Source: Podarcis vaucheri (lineage: Eukaryota). From it: a stretch of DNA of 64,000 bases. A model generated the notes under the pieces. The model was not told the origin of the DNA, ran no database searches, and was given only the letters and a program-made list of their open reading frames with translations. The stretch is taken from assembly GCA_965113315.1 (NCBI GenBank), contig OZ220364.1, one strand, 5' to 3'. Shown one piece after another: positions 37,882 through 52,275 of this stretch (positions within the stretch are counted from its first letter, which is position 1; every line of letters begins with the position of its first letter). A program made the translations under genes and the position numbers.

Positions 37882-40172
37882 TTGTTGAGATTTTCAGTTA
37901 TACATTTTACACAATAAAATACCCACCAATAAAATAGTACATTTGTTTACTTCCCTTCTCCTTCTTCCATTGTTCTTTTAATTTTCCCATTATTACCGCG
38001 TACTCTGTTCCAACCATCCAATTCTTAACAACGTTTAAAGGATGAACTTCCCCAATGGGTTGTTTAGCAACCTCTTTTCTAGCAGCAGCTAGTAATAGCA
38101 TGATTTTTAAAAATATAATTTAGCTCTTGCACTGAAATATATTTCAGTTGTTATAACATATGCTTTTTGTTTATCTAGGTTTTTTTAAGGCAAAGAAATG
38201 CACTCCAAACAAAAAAATCATAGCCAAGGAAACATGGGATTTCTGATGAATTTCAGTATCTAGTCATTGAAATTTAGCTTCTCTATGATGGGGGGGGGGA
38301 GGGGAGAGACACTAATATCCCAAAACTAGGGAGGGGGGAACTGGAGGCAAAGTGGCAACTGATATGCCTGCTCTATGCACTTGATTGACTTTACAAGAAA
38401 TTACCTGATCTTAATGGGCTAATTACATTGCTTCCCAAGCACCTGCCATGGGAATTAGTCAAGCGCCTTGTAATCTAATACCCAGTACAAAGAGCACGGA
38501 AAACACCATGCAAACATCTTCACTGACAAAAGGGGAGGTTTGATGCTTTCTGTACCCATGTGATGGCAAGTGTTGTGGCCATGCAAGTCAGACTCTATTA
38601 GACAGGTCTAAGTTGTTTAGTGATCTTCTTGCCACTTCACCTGATGGCTGATATATTAAAAACACAGGTCTGACTCACTGCTGCTGTCTCCACAGAGCTT
38701 TGTTCCTACAAAGTAAACAGTTTTCTGCACATCTCTTGAGGGTTCTAAGTACAGATGTTGCATTCTACAGGTAAGGTGCTGCTTTATCAATTTAATGTCA
38801 CCCCGTATGGGAATAGCGTTAATTATAAGACTAGCAAAACCTTCCAGGTGGCCAAAACTGTTGCATCATGTTACATTTATCTCATGTATATAACCTGTTT
38901 TCCACACTGTCTCAAGGTTTCGGGAAGGCTTGTAGTCTCCCACGTCCTGTTAACTCTTGCATTTCAGCATTTCAGCCAGACATCTAAAGGCTACAATTTC
39001 CACTCCAAAAAGACAGCTGATTGAAACAAATGGGATTACACTGTGCACTAGAATTCATGTTTCTGGCCAAAGTAACCGCTTCAGTCGCTAAATGTTCCCA
39101 ACACGTTGACACACTGTTTACAGAATTGTTTGGGAGTGGGGGAGAAGAGTTTATAATATCTTAATAGCCACATTCTGAGGAGTAATTGAAACAAGTTCCT
39201 ATTTTTTAAATCATAAACCAGGATTCAAAGGGAACAAATAAATTATTACCCAACCCATTCGTCATCAGCAACCGTCTCAAATGAAATAAATTACTTTGGG
39301 GGGGGGGGGAAGAATCTGGGAAAATTCACACCACTCATCTCTTAATAAATTTAAGACTGTTGATAAACTGCAACTTAGAAAGGAAGGAAAAAGTCAGAAT
39401 GTTCAATATACTCACCCAGGGGTCACACAATATACTGTAGGGATATAGCACTGTGGAATTAATACAGGAAACTTTTAACTTACACCCAAATTGCATCTTG
39501 GGAATAAGGCCTATTGGGAGATGCGCTGGCAATTGTACAAAGCATTTCAGCTGTTAATATGAAAATGGAGAACAACCATAGGAGGCCAGCTACTGATGTT
39601 TTTCTACCTCTTTGAAATTATACCCTGCTGCTCACTTTTCCAAGCTATGCAGGGGAGATGATTCTATCCGCCTTTACAGATTCAAACAGCCATGATCCAG
39701 AGGCAGAGAAAACTGCCTTAAGATATCACACTATAGGATGCAAGTTACAATGGAGCAGGTGTCTTTTGAATAAACATATGTACTGAGCACAAATGCTAAC
39801 TGCGCAAGTCCATGTCAAAAAGGCATGAAGTATAGGGGGGAAAGTAGCCCCACACACCACAGGGGAACAAGTCCACTGGTGCCACAGAGCAGGAGAGCGG
39901 GAGACATCCTTAAAAGAAAGTCAACACAATTTGACCTATGCTCTTCGGGGGTATTCTGTGCACATGAATATCTATCTTTTTTAAATGAAGATTTCTATCC
40001 CAGTTTGCATCTGTATTTGAACTATTTTTAACCGTTTTCATCTGTAGAAGTGTTTTTGATTGTTTGTAACTGGTATTATATGTGGAATTGTTTTTTAAAT
40101 GAAAACTATTTTTCATTGTTCTTACAATCATTTTGTGGTTGTAACTAACCTAGCCTAATAATGTCTCCATTG

Positions 40173-40532
40173 TTGTTGTTGTTGTTTAGTCGTTTAGTCG
40201 TGTCTGACTCTTCGTGACCCCATGGACCAGAGCACGCCAGGCACTCCTGTCTTCCACTGCCTCCTGCAGTTTGGTCAGACTCATGCTGGGAGCTTCGAGA
40301 ACACTGTCCAACTATCTCATCCTCTGTCGTCCCCTTCTCCTTGTGCCCTCCATCTTTCCCAACATCAGGGTCTTTTCCAGGGAGTCTTCTCTTCTCATGA
40401 GGTGGCCAAAGTACTGGAGTGTCAGCTTCACAATCTGTCCTTCCAGTGAGCACTCAGGGCTGATTTCCTTAAGAATGGAGAGGTTTGATCTTCTTGCAGT
40501 CCATGGGACTCTCAAGAGTCTCCTCCAGCACC
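40173..40532 (-). mobile_element. Bov-B (RTE) LINE, 5'-truncated 3' end
   Basis: ORF 40312..40656 gives LWCWRRLLRVPWTARRSNLSILKEISPECSLEGQIVKLTLQYFGHLMRREDSLEKTLMLGKMEG; (CAA)n tail; 15-bp TSD ATAATGTCTCCATTG (40158-40172, 40533-40547). Confidence 0.95.
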
Positions 40533-40607
40533 ATAATGTCTCCATTGCACTTAATAAACACTTTTTGTAAAATAAAGTATAGACCTCGGCAACAGTATCA
40601 GGTCTGT

Positions 40608-40920
40608 ACAAGAAGAGGCCTGCTGGATCAGACCAAAGGCCTATATAGTCCAGCATTGTGTATTCCGCACTGGCCAGTCAGATGCCTCTTATGTGAAGTC
40701 CACAAGCAGGGGATGAGGGCAATATCCCTCTGCTGCTATTGTTTCCCAGTGAAAGGCATTCAGAGGCATGCTGTCTCTGATCCTGTAGACAGCATGTAGC
40801 CTTCATGACTAATACAGCTTATCCATGCCCTTTTCAAAATTTTGTCAATATTATTCTCTTTTTTAATTATTAAAAGGTACTTAGGCATCAATGACTAGTA
40901 GCCACTGATAGCATTGTTCT
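40608..40920 (-). mobile_element. CR1-like 3' UTR fragment
   Basis: aagaagaggcctgctggatcagaccaaaggcc..tagtccagcat; reverse complement of the 36695-37055 family. Confidence 0.6.
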
Positions 40921-41789
40921 CCAGCTTCCCCATCCCCTTTCTATCTTGATCCAGGCTGAAGTTCTTGAGAACCTGAAAGCTGACTTGCTTGCTATTTTGT
41001 GATACTTGATTGATTATATTATTATTATTATTTCAAAAAACAAACCATTATCCTGTTCTTATCTTATGAAAAGTAAAAGCTCAAAGTGTTGCTGAAAGCA
41101 GCACACCTGTGTGTCTACAGTATGGAGCATAAATAATAAATACCAAGGGGAGAGATCAACCTTATCTAATCTAGGATGAATAGGACTCTATCGCTGCAAT
41201 TTATGGCAAAAAGTTCTTCTTACAAAGAAATCCCACATACATTTTTTTTTGTAATTTAATTCGATGAGAATGCAGCTGTATTTTAGTTCATGAGTTCTTT
41301 CATTCCAACCTATATTTTAGTTGTTAAACTGATCTGTTCCTAACTAGCATTTACAGAAACAAGAAAAATGACATACTCCACTGTGCAGCATATTTGCAAA
41401 TAATCTCTGAGTCTGGGAAAAACATAGGGCTTTGCTTATTGTTAACTTAAAGTGTTTCTGTATAGAGATGTCAGGTTATGATTACCATCAATTTGAAGAC
41501 ATCTAAATTCTGGATATAGGGACAATGGCACAGAAAGATTGGAGCAGAGCAATATGTCAGGTTATTTTTTCATACAGCTGAGTCAATGAAGCACATGGTT
41601 TATAAAACAGTAAAGAAGTTAAATATACATCTCTAGCATCTATTTTAAGTTATCAGCTGCCAATAAAAGAAAATTATTATCTCCACAAAACAAAAAATGC
41701 CACAAATGTATTGTGTATTTGCATATGCATATGTAGAGGATCTTTTCTCAGCTGCCAAGAGGCAATTCACATGCACACAAAAACACAAA

Positions 41790-42100
41790 AACACAAGAGC
41801 CTTGCTGGATCAGGCCAATGGCCTGTTCTATTGTTCCCACAGTGGCCAAACAGATGCCTACAGGAAGTCCAAAAGCAAGACCTGAGTGCAGCAGCACTCT
41901 CCCCAACGTAATTTCCAGCAACTGGCATTCAGAGGCATCTCACCTCTGACAGTGGAGACAGAATATAGCCATTGTGGCTAGTAGCCATTATCTTCCATGA
42001 ATTTGTCAAATCCTCTTCTCAACTCATTCAGGTTGATGGCCATCACTGCCTCTTGCCAGAGAGAATTCCAAAGTTTAACTATACACTGTGTGAGGAAGTA
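41790..42100 (-). mobile_element. CR1-like 3' end fragment
   Basis: aagagccttgctggatcaggccaatggcc...gaattccaaagtttaactatacactgtgtgaggaagta. Confidence 0.65.
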
Positions 42101-44898
42101 TCTTTTTGTGAGGAGAAACTGGGGTCTTCAGGCAAACTAATTTCAGTCTATTTCAATCCAATTAAGATGGGATGAACGGAAACAACGCCATGCCCCAGAA
42201 CAAGGCCTTCCTCTTCTCTTCCAAGAAACAAATATTCAGCAATAAGGAACTGAAACTCCCCCCCTAACTATTTTCTAAATATGCATGCATCAAAAAGGTA
42301 GGAGGTAACTGGAAGGCACTGAAGATCATCAGCCGTGGGTAGTGCAGGTGTTTGCTCTCCCCTTCTCCTTACAGAGTCGACCCTCTGCCCAGTCTGTTCC
42401 ACACTCCATGTAGATACACACCCTTTGACTACTCCCCTCCTTTCCCTCTCCCCTTCTTTTAAAAGAGAAGGTTTCACCTGAGTCTTTTGTTGCCGTTATC
42501 TCAAGATGACGCCCCAACTGCCTTTGCAAAGATAATCATGTAAGAGGAGTAACATACTAGCAAAGTAACCAACAGCTTTACATCTCACTCCCAGTAACGT
42601 TATCTTGATAGACGTTGGGCTTATGTGGCATTAGTCCTGTGCTCAAAGGGTTCAGCAACTCATTATAAAAAGAGGTAACATACAACTGGCACCAACTTTT
42701 ATCTCCTTACTTTTATTATCTGATAACTTTTTCAACATTTGGTCACCCTAACCACCAACAGCCAGCTTATCAAGTGAGGCCTATGTTACATCCATGGTAA
42801 CTGCCTCCTCAGGAGAGTATGAAATTCATCTCTTTAAAAAATCCAGAATGGTCAGGGATGTGGGGCTCACCCAGAAGCCTTGTTCATCAATGTGTGCTTT
42901 AAGACCAGCAAATTATGTTACTAGTAATCCTCCTGCTAAGAAGAGTAACATAAAAACAAGCTGGATTAGGATCCTTCCTAGCTACATCATCATGGTGTCC
43001 ATTATTATTAATTGATTTATATAACACCATCCATCCTTGGGTGTTTGCCCAATATAGTTTCCAGGCTTTTTCAAAGCCAGTACAAAACAGCCTTATTCCC
43101 TCTGTGTCTCCCAGTGTAATTCATCCTCATTCATTATTTGGCGGCTGTGTGAACAGGTGCAGAGCAGAAAAAGTGAACCTTATACCTTCATTACCACACT
43201 GTTTTGTCTTGAAGTCTCCTTTGGTTACGCAAGCATGAAATAGGCATTTGAATTTGTCCAAGTGCAGACGTTTAAACATATTACAAAGGAAGTTGAAGTG
43301 TACATTATTAGAAAGTAAACCATAAATGGCAAATATCCTGAAAAACAAAAGAGCTGTAGGAAGACAATTCCAATCCTGTCCAGAGGTATGGAAGAAGTTT
43401 GATAATGAAGTATGAAAAAAGGAGTAGTCTAAGTCAACTCCACTCACTATTTTATAGTTAGAAATCTTGGATAATGACCTTCAGCATCACTATTCTTCCC
43501 AGTGAAGTATGATGCCCATTGAATAAATATTATTTAGGTTTGAAAGGCAACACCTGAAAGTCTCTTACCAAATGCATATAAGCTTTCAAATTCTCTGCCT
43601 ACTTGAGAAAGCAAGGCCAAACACTCTCACCAAATGGATCATTCCTACAACTCTTTCTATGCCATTCCAAGGGATTGCATCTATCCAGGAAGATAGCCTC
43701 ATCTTGCATGATCATCTACTCCTAAGTACACAGATAACACCTCTGGTTGCATTTTTAAAGGTGTGTTTGCATCAATTGGGAATTACGCCAATCTGATGTA
43801 GCTGAGAGTCATTTGATCTGTAGACTTTGAAGCTTCTGCTTCAAAGAGAGATGTTAGAAGTGTGGGCTTGAACATATTTATATTAAAATTTAGATTTCAA
43901 TGTAAGCCAGGTTATTTATTAATAAGGAGACACCTAGTATTACTGATTTCTTTTAAAAAACAAACAAATAAATATAATCCAATTCATCCAATTCACATTT
44001 CTAAAATACAATTTATGTATTTTTAATTAAAAAAACAAACAAACAGTTTTATGGGTCAAAAGTTTGCAACCCATTTTTCTCATAGCACATGTGATTACAG
44101 CATGCATTACATTTGTTTCTAGACCCTGAAGTTTTGCTTGAGTAATTTCATAGGCAGTTAATAATACATATACTTAGTACACCAATATTTCTATTCTTCC
44201 AACTTTATCACTTGTTTAACTTCTTAAACTGCAATCTCCCTGCATTTTTTTTATTTCCCAAGCTCTACAACATTATGGCATACACTCTGCATAAAAACAG
44301 ATGAAGTGGAAACCAATAACGTTTTGATGGTATGCAATTATCCACTTACGAGCTGAATCCTATAGTATTTACTCAAGATAGAATTCTGTTAGATGCATCC
44401 CCCTCTCTGGACTTCAAACCTTTAAAGAGTTTCTATTGAACTTGTCCTTGGGATAACACACTGCAACCTTGTATATATTAATGACTCTCAAAGGAACGCA
44501 CTATCAATACTGGTCACAAACCAGAGAACCATGCAACTAGCTATGCCCAAACAGCAAAGGTTTTGGATATCATTCTTGAATAGTTAAACTTCTCCCCTCA
44601 GTTACATAGTGAAATGATGATAGATGCAGGTCACAGCATGAAAAGGCTGCTTCCTCCTTCATGGGCAGGGGGGAGTCAAAGTTCTTTATGAGTGCATGGA
44701 TTGGTTAGTAGATAGTGATGGCTGTCACCAGCTCATAAGAAATGCTCATTCAAAATTCACAACACTCAAAATAAAGTATGCTATCAAATTAAATTTTTTG
44801 AAACTATTGTTATGGATTAAAACAATCTGTGGGCAAATGTCCGATCCCAACTAATCTTCTATGGGTTTGCTATATGGATGATTCATCTGAACCAAATA

Positions 44899-45139
44899 CA
44901 GTCAAACCTCGGTTGTCAAACGTAATCCGTTCCGGAAGACTGTTCGACTTCCGAAACATTCGACAACCAAGGTGCAGCTTCTGATTGGTTGCAAGAGCTT
45001 CTTGCACTCAAGCGGAAGCTGCATCGGACGTTCGGGTTCCAAAAAATGTTCGAAAATCGGAGCATTTACTTCCGGGTTTTAGGTGTTTGGAAGCTGAAAT
45101 GTAAGATAACAGAGGTGTTCAGGAACCAAGATTTGACTG
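44899..45139. mobile_element. Tigger/pogo-like MITE
   Basis: TA-CAGTCAAACCTCGGTT ... AACCAAGATTTGACTG-TA. Confidence 0.85.
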
Positions 45140-45586
45140 TAGCAGCTATATGGCTGAGATAGTAGACTGAAACAAATGTGTGTGAATGTTTTGCATATAA
45201 CATGTTATATTATATATTATGTTTTATACGTATATATATATATATATCTCAATCAGTGCATCAGAAGCCTTTTGTAGAACTTTTCTAAAACAAGTGCAAG
45301 CTAGATATTTATGTTATTATTCCTTCCAGCAGCTATTGAAGCATTCGTAAATGTTAAATTAAATTATTTATTTAGGGCATTCCCCAAACACCTTGAGGAA
45401 TCCCTTTATTTCTACAGGAGGAACAAAGACATTATTTGTTTTGTTGATTATTTCAGGGTGGAATATAATACTAATACTCGTTGGTAACTGAAATAACCAC
45501 ACGTGCGTTCATCCCAATATTCCAAGTGTTTGTCGACCCACAAAAGTAAGCATACAGAAAGTGCTGTCATTCATTGACACTACAGA

Positions 45587-45715
45587 CAGTGCTTTTTTCA
45601 GTGGGTACTCACAGATATGCAGTACCATCACCTCTTTTGGGGTTAAAAAGTATGGCATTTATGAAACAACCTCATGGTGAGTACCAGCACCTATTTTTCT
45701 AGGAAAAAAGCACTG
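45587..45715. mobile_element. hAT-type MITE
   Basis: TIRs CAGTGCTTTTTT / AAAAAAGCACTG; 8-bp TSD ACTACAGA (45579-45586) / ACTACAAA (45716-45723). Confidence 0.85.
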
Positions 45716-45800
45716 ACTACAAATACCTGGCAGGATTAATGGTGTCTCATGATGGTATGACTGCTAACAGTATCAATGTATCTCTATAGTGCGTAGCTCA

Positions 45801-46085
<285 letters not shown>

Positions 46086-49000
46086 TCAATGCAAAACACA
46101 ACCCTAAGTCAAGAACTGGGGTTAGTAGTGTCGTGCTTGCACAGCAAAATATCTTAAGGTTTGAGCTATTCTGGGTATGTTGGACAATTAATAGGACATG
46201 TGGCCAAAGTTTCATTTCCATAATTCTTCTAGACATTGAACCCCCTTCCCTTTTCTCGTGTGTGGGTGGGGGGGAGGAGTCCAACAATAAGGCTTATTCA
46301 AGGACACATGAAATACAAACAAAAGTATGAAAATGAAAACAGCAACTGTGTTGGACAAGAAGTGGGAAACAAGGAAAGTAGCAGAGAGACGCACAACTGG
46401 TAGCAAACAAAAACAGAAGGCACTCCCAAGCCCTTTATTCAATGCCTTCTAGCTAGAACTCTAACCTCTAGTTACAAGGGTTCAAGGCTGTCTAGAAATA
46501 TCACTCTCTAGTTCTGAATTCCTCCCTCCCTTAACCCCTAATGTGTGGAGGCTCCCTGGGGTTACAAAGGAAATGCACTTGACACCTGCTCAAGGGGACC
46601 TCCATCTATTCCTAGTTGATGCATTCGAAAGTTATGCCCTGGCACTGCAAATAAATGGCAGGGCTGAGCCCCAGCACAAATTAAGCCTCCACCCCCAACA
46701 TTTTCATATTGCCTTCGAAATTTCCCTCCCAAGACTTTTCTGCTTGACTTCGTTTAAATAACAGCGAGTTAAATGTGGGCTCAAGAAATCAATACGTTTT
46801 AGACTTGGAGCAGTCAATGCTCTTGAATACAGAGAGGAAAATTAGCTGCTTTTGTGCCAAAAGATTCCCTGAGGTGCCAGCATAATTAAATACAAGGTAA
46901 AATCACATCATCTCTAAGTCAATGGACAAAGAAAGATGCATGAATATAAGCAAGCAGCACAGAAGACAACCATGCATGTCTTTGACAGTCTATAAGATGC
47001 AGGAACATTAAGACAACCCCTTCACAAAAAGCAAGAGTGCCCAGACCCACCTAAATATTTTGTTCCCATATCTTCTCTTTTGGGGCAGGCCCATACCTGA
47101 GTGCTAGGGGTTACAGTGTGCATACAGAAGGTCCCCGGTTCAATATCCAGATAGGGCTGGGAAAAGAGTCCTCTGAAATCCTGGAGAACTGTTGCCAGTC
47201 AGTGTACATAAGACTGAACTAGATGGACCAGCAGCCATCTAGTATGAGGCAGCTTCTTTTAGATTGAGCAAAAATAACCCACAGAAGCTTAGGAAATGGC
47301 ACTTCTATATTTCGAGAATGAATTTGCAAATAGCTATTATGATTTTTTTCATAAATGTTTTGTCATCACCCCTTACCATTGAGATTTGGGGACAGATCCT
47401 AAAGAAATTTCCTTACTACCAGCTACTGTATGCTGAGCTGCAATGTGTGGACACAGCTACTGATTAATGTGAAATCTATGGCAATCATTCAAGCAGCTAT
47501 ATTAACACATATCTGTATACAAGGAGTGTTGCTGTTTTACAGCTCTCCAAGTTTCAGTCAAATGAGATTTCCAGAGTGACTTAAAAATCCTACTCAACAG
47601 AGAGGGATGAAATAAATCAATCTATTGAGCCGTTACTTGGTCGTAATGTTCTACACAGATTTCTCCATCATGCTAGGGGTGCAGGTGGACTGTGTTTAAA
47701 ACAGAAAGAGAGAAAGAAAGAAAGAGAGCAAACAGCTCTAAAACAATTCTTTTTCTTATATGCAGGACTGAAAGGCAGCTGGGGATCAGCAAATTGGCAT
47801 CAGAAATACAGTCAGTTCACCACTGCATAATCACAGTGAATAGCTTCTCCCCAGGTTGTCCTTTTGATTCCACCAGGATCACACAAAGAAAGAACCAGCC
47901 TTCAGAATTTCTCACGGAATGACAGGTTTATATGGCTTGGGTGGACTGCTTCAGCTGTTCCCATCTCCAGAAGCTGGCCCAAATGGGGGAATTTCAGTCC
48001 ATGCTCCTGTCGTGCATATCTGCAGGGCTGACAGAACTCTACAGTCTGCATGTGGAGGACCTTCCATAGTGAGTATGATGGTAAGAGAGGGGGAAATAAT
48101 GACTCTTCTTTGCATTTCTTTGTGTATTCCTGGTGGTTGTATGTATAAGTTACCCTGAAATGATTTGTATCCCTAAATATAGGATATAAAGAACAATGGT
48201 AAGGACAGCAACACCAGATACAGTGTCAATTATTATTATGTCAGGCCAGAAGACCAGGAATCTGCCATCTGGGAAGAAGGAAAAGGAAAAAGAGGAGAGA
48301 AAAAATTATCTGTTATATTGTACTCTATTTTTATTGTATCCATTTTACTGCAACTTTTTGTATCATTGTTGCTTGTTGTATCATTGCTGCTTGTTGTCAT
48401 AATCTTTTGTAAACCATATGGTGTGGCTCTTCACCAAAGAGATATATTTATTGATGAATGAATGAATGAATATTCAATACAATACAATACAGTGCCAAGC
48501 TAGGTGAAAGCTACCAGCTGGTATTGCCCTTAGTTCAAGAAGTTCAGTCAATCAGGCAGGTCATACATTCTCTCATATGTAACATGGAAACTGGTCCAAG
48601 ACGATGCTTAAAATCAGACTTTGGCGGGAGTTAAAATAGCTGAGAGATGAAATGTAAGTTTCCCCAAGTGAAATTACACCAATAATCTTAAAGACCACAA
48701 TCATGGATCTACAAGTACAACTTAGGTTCAAAGACAAAAACTCAATTTTGACTTTATTTTGCAAGATGTAGCTTGTTAGAGAAACCCCCTATGATAAAAT
48801 ATTTGCTGACTGTTGCAGTTAACCTTCAGCCACTAGTTTCAGTAAATCTATATTTGTTAATACAAAGTTTTCACTTAGGAAACCTATCCTGAGAAAACCT
48901 ACAATTATTATTCTGAACACACTCCTGCAAGGAGTAGAACACACAGGGAATAATATAACAACGGGGCTCCTGCAGGTCTCAGTGCAAGTGGACTTATAAC

Positions 49001-51179
49001 AAATCATCAATGCAATCACTTTTGATGGTGCTTGTTAAAGGGGCAGCCACACCCTTGGCAGCTTACATCTCCCAGTTAACGTATTCCTCTTTCAAAACTG
49101 ATCCAGACTATTATCTTTTTATAAATAAAACAAAACAAAACCCCAGACTGTATAAGGAGGCTGCTTAAAGGAAATGAACAATACAGAGGTGGCATCAGAG
49201 TAGTATTCAACATAAGTTGGGTAGTAGGGTAGTATTCAACATAAGACTAAGAAGGCTAAGAAGATCACTTTCTCCTTGCACAACAGAACTATCTCTCCCT
49301 CTCTTCCCTGCTGGAGCAACTTGGTGCTCGTGGAAAGGCTGTCTGCACATGTGCTGCTGAATCATTCTTTTTCAGCCAGTCTGCCAATGCAGACAGTGTG
49401 GGCACTACCATGCAGCAGCTTCAGGCGTTGTCTGTGTGTGTGAGTCTGGGAAGGAAGGAATCAGTGCCTGAATGGTGTATCAAGACTTTTTCAAGTGTTT
49501 ACCCTTGTAGCCAGAGGGCATCATTGTCTTGGGGAAGCACTGAACACAGAGAAAAGGATCCCAGCTAATGAATGATATAGGAAACTGGAGCCTGAGCTGA
49601 ACATTTTTGACAGAGTACAAACTTCTCACATGATTCTAACACCTCCGAAGTGATGTGGGGTACCCTGCTTGTTTGAAAGCACCTTCCCCAAAATCACCAT
49701 CCTTGTGAAAAGCTTGCTCATTAGACAAGAAATATGTACCAGGACCCTGCACCATTGGACTGAACCATTTCCTGAAAATGTGAAGTGAGATATTCATTCA
49801 TTTGCATCAATACTTCCTGTGAAGACAGCACATCTCCCAAGCTTTTACCACTGTCTTCCCATTCTTATTCCACAGGAGTACTAGCAACATCTGCTACAAA
49901 TTGATCCATATTCAGGGCATGTAAGATAGACCCAGCTGGAGGATACACAGTTAGACTACGTTCTACGGTCAGAACAAGGGAAGAATCAACTTGAGCTAAG
50001 TTTTAACAATGTACCCTCTGGCCTGAGAGTCTCCCCTGACCCTAAGCTACTGGAAATCCCTATATAAACCTAAATAACTCTGCCAACAGACTTAAGACTG
50101 CACAGGCTGCAAGCTGGGCTTTTCTCCAAGAACTGTTGTGTTTGAGAAGGAATTAAAAACTTAGGGTGATATATGCAGATGCACTCAAAATCACTATTAA
50201 CCTCCTTGCATTTGAGGCTATTTGGTAAGGGAAAATTAATCTCCCAGATTTTTTTTCTTTTTTCTTTTTGGTACTGACTGCCAAAGGCATATTATTAATA
50301 GTCTAGACCAATGGCTCAGAGAGGCAGATAAATTATTTATTTCCCTAGCTTAAGGAGCACCATAAGATGCCTTCATTTATCATGCAGTCTGCTTCTCAAG
50401 CATCCGTCACTAAACACTCAAGCAACACTTGTAGACAGCAACTCTCCTGTGATAAGCTATTACTTTCACTCTCTCCTTGCCTTGATGGGTTAAGCTGGTA
50501 AAAAAGAAGCTAAGGAAACTAACAAGCAGATAGATAGTTAAGTAAGCAAAGATAAGCAAAACCTTTCATGTGTAGAAAAGACCAATTATCAGAGTACAAA
50601 ATTAGATGCAGCACTAAAATAATCTAACATATATCAAATCACTATTTGATGAGGAGAGGCAGAGTTTTTTGTGCGGCAGGAACACAGGCAGCAGAGGAGT
50701 TTAAATAGCCCCCATCCCCACCTAACAGGGGATCTCTTGTTTGATCCAGACTGGGAAACAGTTCTGCTTTGTAGTGGTATACATTTATTTGGAATTCCCT
50801 GATATTAATTTCCAGTTTTGCTTTGGTTTATTTGTTCCCCGTGGAAAGGAAGGGCCAAATTAGACAATACACTGTTCACATTAGTTGCTGTATGGTGACT
50901 TCTTAAAAATGTGAATAGCAAATGGGGGGGGGCATACTCCTCACTCCCAACTTTCTTTCTTTTTTAAATGTTGAGGCACAATTTTGCTGATTTGTTTTGT
51001 GAGAAACAAGCCTGCTCCTGCTTTCAGTGTTGTTGATTTTTAGCCAATGAATGAAGTCATAGGCAATGACTGGCATTTAGGAAAGCAAATCTAGTCAATC
51101 AAGCAAAGAGTAGGTTAGAGTGAATGACCCACTGTCTACAGAAGGAACTTCATGGTGGATTTTTAAATATCTTATGCTG

Positions 51180-51295
51180 GTCTTCCCTGGTGGAAGTTTT
51201 TATCAACCTGTGAGGGATTATTTAGCTGGGATTTCTGCATTGCAGCAGGTTGGACTAGATGACCCTTGGGGTCCCTTTCAACTCTACAATTCTTT
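51180..51295 (+). mobile_element. CR1 LINE extreme 3' end
   Basis: ggttggactagatgacccttggggtcctttcaactctacaattct is the classic CR1 terminus. Confidence 0.75.
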
Positions 51296-52164
51296 AATAA
51301 TTTTTATTACTGGCTTTTATATGTATTTGGTCAAAACAGAAGAGCAGGGTATAATTTAAAAACAACTTATTCCTTTGTCAGCTAATACTTTGGTACCTCT
51401 GGTGAAAAGACACTGAGATCTGTTTTATTACCATTACCCTGCAACAGGGTGATTTTGCTGGAGGTTATTTACCAATGCTCTACCAGTAAAACCACCTGAA
51501 AACAAAATAAAAAATTGCAAAATAATCTAATTCCCCATTACTTGAAATATTACTGTGGCTCTTAACCGAGTTTAGTGTCCATTGTTAGCAGAACCTTATT
51601 CCATCCTTCCTGTTTCAGGGCCACTGAAAGGGGGAAAACACACTAAATCAAAGAAAAAAGGAAGGATCAACATGCCTTATAAGTGTGCTGATTTCATTGT
51701 TGATGGCACGCAAGCTGCTGAAAATGAACTGTGCCCCCATCAAGTGTCCTCAGAGAAAGAACTGTTACAGACATTTCCCCAAGATATCGATCTGGTTTCA
51801 GAGTCTGCCCTGCAGCAGGGTGACTTGACCTTATTCAGGTGGCACCATGTGGGGACAGGGAGGAAACAGATAAAGGCAGGAATTGGTATCTGAAAGGTGC
51901 AGCGATGTCCCCAGTAGCAGGCAGTGTGGCTAGATGCCAAAGAAGGCAGGGTTCCTGAACCTTTACAGAGTTATGCAGAAGGCAGAATTTCAGAAATTAT
52001 TAAAGATGCAGGAGCCCTGTTCCTTTTTGAAACTGACTTTGCTAATGGAATGAACAGGTGGAATTTGAGTTCTGCTATAGGCAGCAATATGCCTTGGGCC
52101 ACGCCAATAAAAGTGGAACACTTCATCCAAGTTGTAGTGTAGTGGGCCAAATCTGCCTCAGTAG

Positions 52165-52275
52165 AGGAGAGACTTTGTGCTGCAGTGGTTGGAATGTTGG
52201 ACTAGGTCCCGCAAAACCAGGATTCAAACCCCTGCTTGACCCTGAAGCTCACTGGATGTCCTTGGGCCAGTTACT
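52165..52275 (+). mobile_element. Squam3/Ther1-like SINE 5' part
   Basis: A-box gcagtggttggaatgttggact, B-box ggattcaaaccc, ccttgggccagt. Confidence 0.6.
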
